A program made the translations under genes and the position numbers. Shown in pieces: positions 55,986-64,000 of a DNA stretch of 64,000 nt. The notes beneath the pieces were generated by a model, which had not been told where the DNA came from, ran no database searches, and saw only the letters and a program-made list of their open reading frames with translations. Source of the stretch: Eledone cirrhosa (taxonomy: Eukaryota). Position 1 is the first letter of the stretch; each line of letters begins with the position of its first letter. The stretch covers positions 2,976,001 through 3,040,000 of the forward strand of contig OZ024753.1 in the NCBI GenBank assembly GCA_964016885.1, read 5' to 3'.

Positions 55986-58843
55986 AAATATATAAATATA
56001 AATAAAAAGGAACCAAAAACGTTGCATTATATTGTTATTGTTATTAACAAACTACTTTCATTTTTGTTTTGTTTCCTTTTGTTTGGTTTCTTGATAATTT
56101 CATGACAATTCTTACATTTTAGTTTAAGTGGCGAAGTCGTTTATATGATTTCCAAGATTTACCATTTTTGTTTCTTTTTACAACTATCCAATCCAGAAAG
56201 CAAAAAATAGAATAGAAAGAAGACATTGATTCATTTATGTATTCTTTTCTTGCAATTCATTCGAGAAGTGCACAGAAGGGCACCATCTTCTGAATACTTG
56301 GCAGCTACTATAGAGCATATATGTCATATTTATTCATATATCATTATCTATGTATTGTTCCTGCTATCTTAAATAATTCTATGTTTCTGAGAAGGGCAAC
56401 AGTGCCACTTCATTTTTATGTCTACAACATAATCTCATATTGGTGACTGCGTTATTCTTACTCTCTGTAACAGATGCTACTAATAAGAAAAGAGAAAATT
56501 ACTTCAACTTCAACCCAGCATATTATTGTCAACTTGTAGTTGTGTTTTGCACTGCAGGATAAGAAAGGAAATCGACCAAAGCCAATAATACTTTTTAGAA
56601 AATACACTGTATATAAAATTAAACAAATCTTTTATGTATGTAAAATATCAACATCACCATCAACATTTAAGGTCCATTTTCTCTGGTAACAATGGTAGGG
56701 TGGGGCATCACAGATCAAGTCAGAACTTAACACTCTAGCATTTAAACTGGCCATATCTGGCCAGAATTCTCTGACCTCTTTCTGTTCAAACCAGCCATAA
56801 CCAACCACTCATACTGATGTTTAGGTATTGTTCTCAAAATAAATACTACCAAAATCTCATAGATAATTATGTAAGATAAAGTATTTACCGTGAAAATATA
56901 ATTGTAAATATAGAGTAATGTCGATACTCAAGTGTTGATCAGTGACACACAACTTGCTTACATATGTTGCTGTACTCTTCAGAATGTACCAGATGCACTC
57001 TATTTTGGCATCAGCACTAGTGTGAGAGATAGGCATGTCATTAACAGTGTTGAAAAGCCTCAACCTTTTGTTTGGCAGGTTTTCTGTGGTTGGATTCCCT
57101 TCCTATCAACAAACATTTTAAAGAGTGTACTGGACATGTGGATCACCAAAACTAGAAAGACTATTGTACTCTTGATATAATTAAAGAATCTTTGATCCTT
57201 TTTTGGCTGAATGTTATTTCTGTCACCAACCTCTTTACAGAGTGTAGTAAATGCATTTTCTCAGGTACCAGCACTAGAGAAGTTGATATAACATGACCAT
57301 GGGTTCCTCTCAACACATTTGTGTCTGGTTTATATGGCTGGAAGCAATTTCACTTAGTATCCTGGAACTATTTTATCTATAAAGAAATTTTCGAACAAAG
57401 CAAAAATCTTATATAATGATATTATCCTTTCAACTAAGCCACATAGAGCAATGTCATGTCAATGTTAGACTACCTGCCAGCCAGCACAACATAAGTTGCT
57501 GACAGATTGGCTGCCAAGAATCCTAAATTTTAAACAAATTGCCAAGCAATTCCTTGGCTAATCAAAGATTTTGTTTCATACCACCTACAATTTGTATGAT
57601 TAGTGATTACAAATTGTTGGTGCTATGAAATGAAATATACTTGTATGTTTATCATTTATTTTGTTAATTTTTTTACTGGCTAGTCATTAGACTTCCGACA
57701 TTTTGGGGCATCGCCTTGATTTAGTCAATTAAATGACTAGCACTGATTTTTTTTTTCAAGTCTGGTACATATTTTATCGATCTTGGTTTTGTCGAACTGC
57801 TAAGTTACACACATAAACACAGACACACACAGACATGGGCACACCCACGCACCACTGTCAAATACTGCAGTTAATTAAATAACTACACCCCCACCTGCCA
57901 AATTGTGGTCTTGATTTCTCTCAAAATGGCTGGATTTTGAACAAATCTAATTCGAAAAATATTTTTTGTCATAGAATTCTTTAGACCTAGTCATTCTGTG
58001 TGAGGTACCAGGCATGGTAGGTAAGAATTTCTTGATCTTATTCCAACTTTTACAGCATTAAGCAGAAGTATATCTTTAATTAGATAGGAATGTCAGTGAG
58101 TATGTTGTAGGCTTTAGATACAGGAAAGTTTCAATAAGAGTTCAGACAGAGAGAGAGCGTGTGTGTATGTGTGTGAGAGAGAGAGAGAGAGAGAGTGTGA
58201 GAGAGAATGAGTGTGAGAGAGAATGTGTGTGTGAGAGAGAGAGTGTAAGTGAGAGAGAGAGTGAGTGTGAGTGAGAGAGAGAGAGAGCAAAAGAGAGTGT
58301 GAGAGAAAAAGAGAGAGCAAGGGTAGCAAGTAGATGAAAATACAATGAAATGGTTGAAAAAGAAGTGGAGCGAGAGAGAGAGAGAGAAACAGCTAGAGAG
58401 TGAAGACAGCAAGAGAGAGAGAGACAGTAAGAGAGAGAGAGAGAGAGACAGTAAGAGAGAGAGACGCACAAAGTGAGTTACAGAAAGAGAGAAAGGAAGA
58501 GAGAGGTGGAGATAGTTAAAGAGAGTTAGAGAGAGAGATAGAGGAACAAAGAGAAAGAAATTGGTAACAAAAAAATAGTTAGAAGGCTCCTAATCAATAG
58601 AGGTACACGATATGGTTAATTAAATAGTTTTTTTTTTTGTTCAATTTTTCAAAATGTTAGCTTTAATAAAATCAATATCTTTTATTATAGTCAAAATCAA
58701 TATCAATGCTAAATCATTAATTTATACATCACTTTCTACTTCATTATAGCAACTGTTTCTCACTAGTCACATTAAGCTCTCATTCACTTAACTTGCCTTA
58801 AACACTTTACAATATCCTTTCTTAATTATTATAATTATTGTTA

Positions 58844-59867
58844 TTGGCAGATTCGGTAGAGGGTCGGACGCCATGCTTTGCAGCATAGAGTTACATCCCT
58901 TTATGGTCTGAGTTCAAATCCCGCCGAGGTTAACTTTGCTTTTCATCCATACGGGGTTGGTAGAAGAAAGTACCAGTAATGCACTGGGATAATTGCTGGC
59001 CTTGTGCCAAAAAGAGAAACAATTATTGTTTTGGCAGTATCGGTAGAGGGTCGGACGCCATGCTTTGCAGCAAAGAGTTACATCCCTTTATGGTCTGAGT
59101 TCAAATCCCGCCGAGGTTAACTTTGCCTTTCATCCTTACGGGGTTGGTAGAATAAAGTACCAGTAATGCACTGGGATAATTGCTGGCCTTGTGCCAAAAG
59201 TAGAAACAATTATTATTATAAGGGTGGTGCATGGGCAGTATCGGTAGAGCATCGGACACCATACTTTGCAGCATAGAGTTACATCCCTTTATGGTCTCAG
59301 TTCAAATCCTGCCAAGGTTAACTTTGCCTTTCATCCTTACAGGGTCAATAAAATAAAGCACCAGTAATACACTGGGGTCGATTTAATTGACTTTCCCCTC
59401 CCCTTCAAATTACTGGCCTTGTGCCTAAAGTAGAAATCATTATTATTATTATTATTATGGTGGTGGATTGGTAGTATCAGTAGAACATCAGACACTATGT
59501 TTTGCTGCATAGAGTTACAGTCCTTTATGTTCTGAGTTCAAATTACCCCCCCGAGGTTAGCTTTGCCTTACTTTTGCCTACTTGGTCGATAAACTAAAGT
59601 ACCAGGCACACACTGGGGCTGATTTAATCGACTCCCCCCACCCCACAATATTGCTGGCTTTGTGCCTATAGTAGTAATCATTATTATTATTACTATTGGC
59701 GCATAGAGTTACGGCCCTTGCCATTCTGAGTTCAAATCCCGCCGAGGTTATCTTTGCCTTTCATCCTTACGGGGTCGATAAAATAAAGTACCAGTAATAC
59801 ACTGGGTATTTGCTGGCCTTGTACCTAACGTAGAAACAATTATTATTATTACTATTATTATTATTAT
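58844..59867 (+). mobile_element. Head-to-tail array of five S2 SINEs
   Basis: Units at ~58844, 59031, 59222, 59459 and 59700, joined by (ATT)n. Short and long 3' subtypes are mixed. Confidence 0.9.
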
Positions 59868-60779
59868 TGTTTATTTATTTTTGCACAGTGTTGATATTAA
59901 CTTCCAGTATTGTTGTTCTTAAAATAAGGCTCCCTTTCGGAGCTTAAGATTATTATTATTATTATCATCATCATCATGATCACTATCTCTGTTAAAATTC
60001 TTTGAAGATGTCGTTTAAAAAGAATTATGTTTTCAATTGTTTTATGCAAGTTTTTATGGCACCACCAGATGCACCTCCATGTTTATGATTTGTGTGCATA
60101 GTTCTATTTTAGGGATGTAGAATTGTGTTTACATATTCCAACAGTTTTGCTTTGATGTCAGAGTTTGTTTTTTTAGTGTTATTTTACTTCCATGCAAGGT
60201 ATGTGTCATGTGAGATATGTTATTTTGTTGGCTGGTGTTTGTGTTTTGTATTTGCCATTTCATTGCTGCTATGTATTTCAACAGACAGTAACTGTGTTGA
60301 GTGTTGATTAATGTATTGTATAGGTTGCATGTTATTATTTGGCAATAGGGATTTCTCAGATTCTATGTTCCACGCATCATGTTATTTTATTAGGTGGTGA
60401 TACTTGAGTATATGTGGATAGTAAGTGCTTTCTTTGAGTTGTATTCTTAAATTGAAAGTGTCTTGCATAAAATATAGGCTGCTTAGCAGAGTCATATGTT
60501 GGACTGTTTGTAACATTGCAAACCTGAGTAGAATGTTTTAATAAAACAATAAACATTTTTAAATGAGCAGTTTTGTATCATAAATCCAGGGATTTCAGGT
60601 GGTTACCATATACATCTACCCTTGTGAGCTGTGTTGAGATAAGAACTCGGAATGCAAAGAGCCAGAATAAATAAAACAAGGTATCTTTTCAATGCCTTGA
60701 TTATTTTGCCAGTGATCTGCCTTAGACTGGTTCTTTATTCATTGACTTGATAGGCTTGGCACATATTCATTACAGCTAG

Positions 60780-61140
60780 ATATAATATATAAAACTAAAA
60801 CTAACCCACCTCTCTATACTCAAGAGAGAATCTGAACTAATGGTTTGAAAGACAATATACACTACAGCTCGATACAATATATAAAACTAACCCATCTCTC
60901 TATATTCAGTAAAATACCAAGGACAGAATATGAACTAATGGTTTGAAAGACAATCATTTATTATACAATATATAAAACTAACCCATCTCTCTATATTCAG
61001 TAAAATACCAAGGATAGAATATGATCTAATGGTTTGAAAGATAATCATTTATTACAGCTAGATAAAATAAATACAAATAAAACTAATACATCTCAGCAAC
61101 ATACCCAAGACAGAATATGAACTAAAAGACAATCATTTAA
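60780..61140. repeat. Degenerate ~90-bp tandem repeat, about four copies
   Basis: Recurring TATAAAACTAACCCATCTCTCTATA...GAACTAATGGTTTGAAAGACAATC. Confidence 0.85.
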
Positions 61141-62466
61141 TAGTTAATCCATTCATCATTCTGTCTCTAAATATAATTCAAACTAAAACAAAATAAGAAA
61201 AGGGATTAAAAATACTTCTACTTCATAATGCCATCAATTTACTATATATGTAACTACAGTTCTGTTAAAAAAAAAACTATGGAAAAATTTACATATCTCC
61301 AATAATTTACAACACAACATGAAGATATGGGTGAAAGAGAGATGGGAAGTAAAGGAGGGGAGAGGAGAAGAGGGGAGAATTAATGAAAAGAGAGGAAACA
61401 GACTCGTGACAATTCTTTCTAAAGTATTTTTGAAAAAAATAAAACAAAACCAAATAAATAAATATTTAAAAAATAAAATAATTTCCAGCAAGTTTCAATA
61501 GCTATTATTTTTTTCCTTTCTCAATATTATTTTCAAATCATTCACTTCCTTTATCCAAGATTGACTTTAAGAAAGAGAAAGAGTGTCAGGGAAGAGTACG
61601 CAAGTGTAGAAGAAAGAAGTGTGGAAATAAGAATTAATGGCCAATGGTCATATAAAAATAAAATATCAAGTTATTGACAGGTCAAGATCATTATCTCTTT
61701 AAACGGTTCGAAGAATGTTATGTGATATTTGTTTTCAACATTTTCCTGATATGTCTTTTCTAGCACACAGTCAAAAAGGCATGCACATATACATATATTA
61801 TATTTTAATTTTTTTATAATTTTGACATAGATGAAAGTGTATATATATATATATGTGTGTGTATGTATATACTATGTTAAGAGCTGTTGCTATGATTCTA
61901 AAGACAAAAAAAAATGGAGAATAGAGTAATAAATAAGAAAAAATATTAATAAAATAGAAAAATTAATCTAAATAAATGAGTATACAAATAAAAAAAAAAT
62001 ACATATATTAAATAAAATTCCTTTCAGAAATTATTTAAAGCTTGAATAAGAATGAATTCAAAGTAGAATTCAATAAAATTCCCAAATTAATAAAAGACTT
62101 CCTTTTTGGTATTCTTGGAGATCAGACGGGGTTAATAAATGAATGCAAGGTAAAAACTCTTCTCCCATTCAATGTGTCCTTCAAAAGAGATGTTATGAGA
62201 CTGAGCTATTGATATCACATCACTCCAGCTATACTCTTCAGTAAGGTTATCACAATTTAACATAAATATTGTTTATTCTTTCATTTTCGTTAGTATAGAA
62301 TAGAGATGGGTATTCAGTTCTGGTTTGCATCAGAACTGTTAACCTTAATGCTAGTTGAAATCAACTGATAACAATACCACAACTAACAGCACAGATATAT
62401 TTTTGAAAAGAGCTAGTGTGTCAAAAGTGTAATAGTGTTAAATGCCATGCAGAGAAATAAACTTAC

Positions 62467-62538
62467 TTCCTCGCCATAGAAAAGATTGTAATATTCTCAA
62501 AATTGAATGACATAAAACATTGCTCTAAGGGAATAGCC
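62467..62538 (-). CDS. Candidate 72-nt exon (AIPLEQCFMSFNFENITIFSMAR), unknown product
   Basis: Minus: tatatttAG| ... GAGGAA|GTAAGT. Its only open frame is in phase with the upstream candidate exon. Confidence 0.35.
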
Positions 62539-63014
62539 CTAAATATAATTAGGCAGGCTTTCAAAACAATGAATTGTTTGTTTTCACTGTTTTAAATTCC
62601 TTTTCTCACTTTTCCAAATGAACAGAATTAAATTTGTAATGGAAGTGTTGAGAAAAGATAACTAATTTCAAATGTGAAAAAGCAATCTAGTTCTTTCACA
62701 TTAAGCATCAAATGTATGGAGAAACTGTTTTCAAGTAATCTCAGGCAAAGAAATGAATGTAAGATTTCAATTCAACGTCATATAAATATATATAGATTAA
62801 GTTTAATGAAACTATCCATAGCCCTGACCACGATCTACTCCAGGCATGGGTTATCTTTTTGAAGCAGAGAACCATAGAGGATGTATTTCATTAAAAGGCA
62901 GGCCGTAGTACTAAAAATTTAAAGGCAATTTTGTAATTTGCCGTGACATTCAGAAAGTCAAATGGGCTGCATGTGACCCACAGGCGACAGTTTGCTCATG
63001 GCTGATCTACTTAC

Positions 63015-63078
63015 TCAATGAATTTATAAAAGTTATCAAGAAGTGGGCTAACAGCTGAAGCGAATGATACAATTATAT
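63015..63078 (-). CDS. Candidate 64-nt exon (IIVSFASAVSPLLDNFYKFI), unknown product
   Basis: Minus: ctctgtttttatacAG| ... ATTGA|GTAAGT. The open frame joins 62467-62538 via a split GAG codon. Confidence 0.4.
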
Positions 63079-63184
63079 CTGTATAAAAACAGAGTTGATA
63101 AGTATGACTCCATCAAAGTGTATATAAATATACAGATTTTTAATATGTAGGCATGTAAACATGTAAATTGAAAAAAATGATAAA

Positions 63185-63261
<77 letters not shown>

Positions 63262-63266
<5 letters not shown>

Positions 63267-63592
63267 AACAAGGTTTAGCAAATAATGAAAAAGTTTCAAA
63301 ATAAATTTTAAAAAATTGACTTTACCTACTATAGTTACCTTTACCGATCTTTGCAACGAAGGCCGTATGGTCTCCGTTTATTTTTGGGATTCGAAACCGA
63401 TCGGTAAAGGTAACTACAGTAGGTAAAGTCAATTTTTTAAAATTTATTTTGAAACTTTTTCATTATTTGCTAAACCTTGTTTATATTTGTTCTGGCTCAT
63501 TAATTTATTAACCTGCCATTGAACCACACTGGCATTTGGTTGGACAATACATGCGTACCTTAGCGCCTTGTGCGTGAAGGAACACATATCCT
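63262..63592 (+). mobile_element. Palindromic insertion with 3' half of an HHR (family E)
   Basis: 88-bp arms at 63262-63349 and 63399-63486 with one mismatch. GAAA ccgatcgg TA aagg at 63393-63410. A unique tail runs to (TA)n. Confidence 0.7.
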
Positions 63593-63618
63593 ATTATATA
63601 TATATATATATTAGTGAA

Positions 63619-63977
63619 GGCACATGGTTAGAGCATTGGGCTTGCAATCAAAAGGTTGTGAGTTCAATTCTAGGACCGGGTGATGTGTTGTTTCCTTGAG
63701 TAAGACACTTTATTTCACATTGCTCCAGTTTACTCAGCTGTAGGGGTTCCTATCATTCCATTGCAAAGTGGTTGTGGAGGTGCCACGGCAAAAAAAGCAC
63801 CCAGCCATCACTGTGAATGAGGTTGTTGCTAGGAAGGGCATCCAGCTGTGGAAATCAAGCCAGAATCAGTTCCCGTTTGAGTAAGACAAGGTCAGCCGAC
63901 TGGACACTGCCCACAACAGGACAACCCGTCTAACCCATGCTAGCGTGGAAGAATGGACGTAAAACGGTGATGATGAT
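63619..63977 (+). mobile_element. SINE family S1 (long form)
   Basis: tRNA head with a small deletion, CORE-like block, and a full tail matching 22550-22808. Confidence 0.88.
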
Positions 63978-64000
63978 ATATATATATATACACACACATT

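Noticed and set aside
58844-59867. Repeat array as a CRISPR or tRNA gene cluster
   Set aside because: Units are ~190-240 bp SINEs with no unique spacers and no complete cloverleaf, in a eukaryotic context.

Overview
AT-rich, repeat-saturated eukaryotic DNA with no recognisable intact protein-coding gene. The mix of tRNA-headed CORE-like and Nin-domain SINEs, RTE/CR1 LINE fragments and very long (TA)n/(GA)n tracts suggests a coleoid cephalopod such as Octopus (inference, not verified). All long ORFs in the track are microsatellite artefacts. The main unannotated signal is a set of minimal type I hammerhead-ribozyme (HHR) motifs in several unrelated short elements embedded in (TA)n tracts. Eight have a complete core; about five more are partial or degenerate. 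Four elements are head-to-head palindromes with 71-112 bp arms that fold back at or next to the ribozyme. A decayed Penelope-like RT in the window is the plausible mobiliser type. Other signals: a 60-bp pre-miRNA-like hairpin with G.U bias, a candidate recursive splice site (AG|GTAAGT) with a few minus-strand exon candidates, a non-autonomous Helitron carrying a nascent minisatellite, SINE-in-SINE arrays, and visible SINE/RTE 3' tail sharing. Everything was read by eye; no database search or folding program was run.
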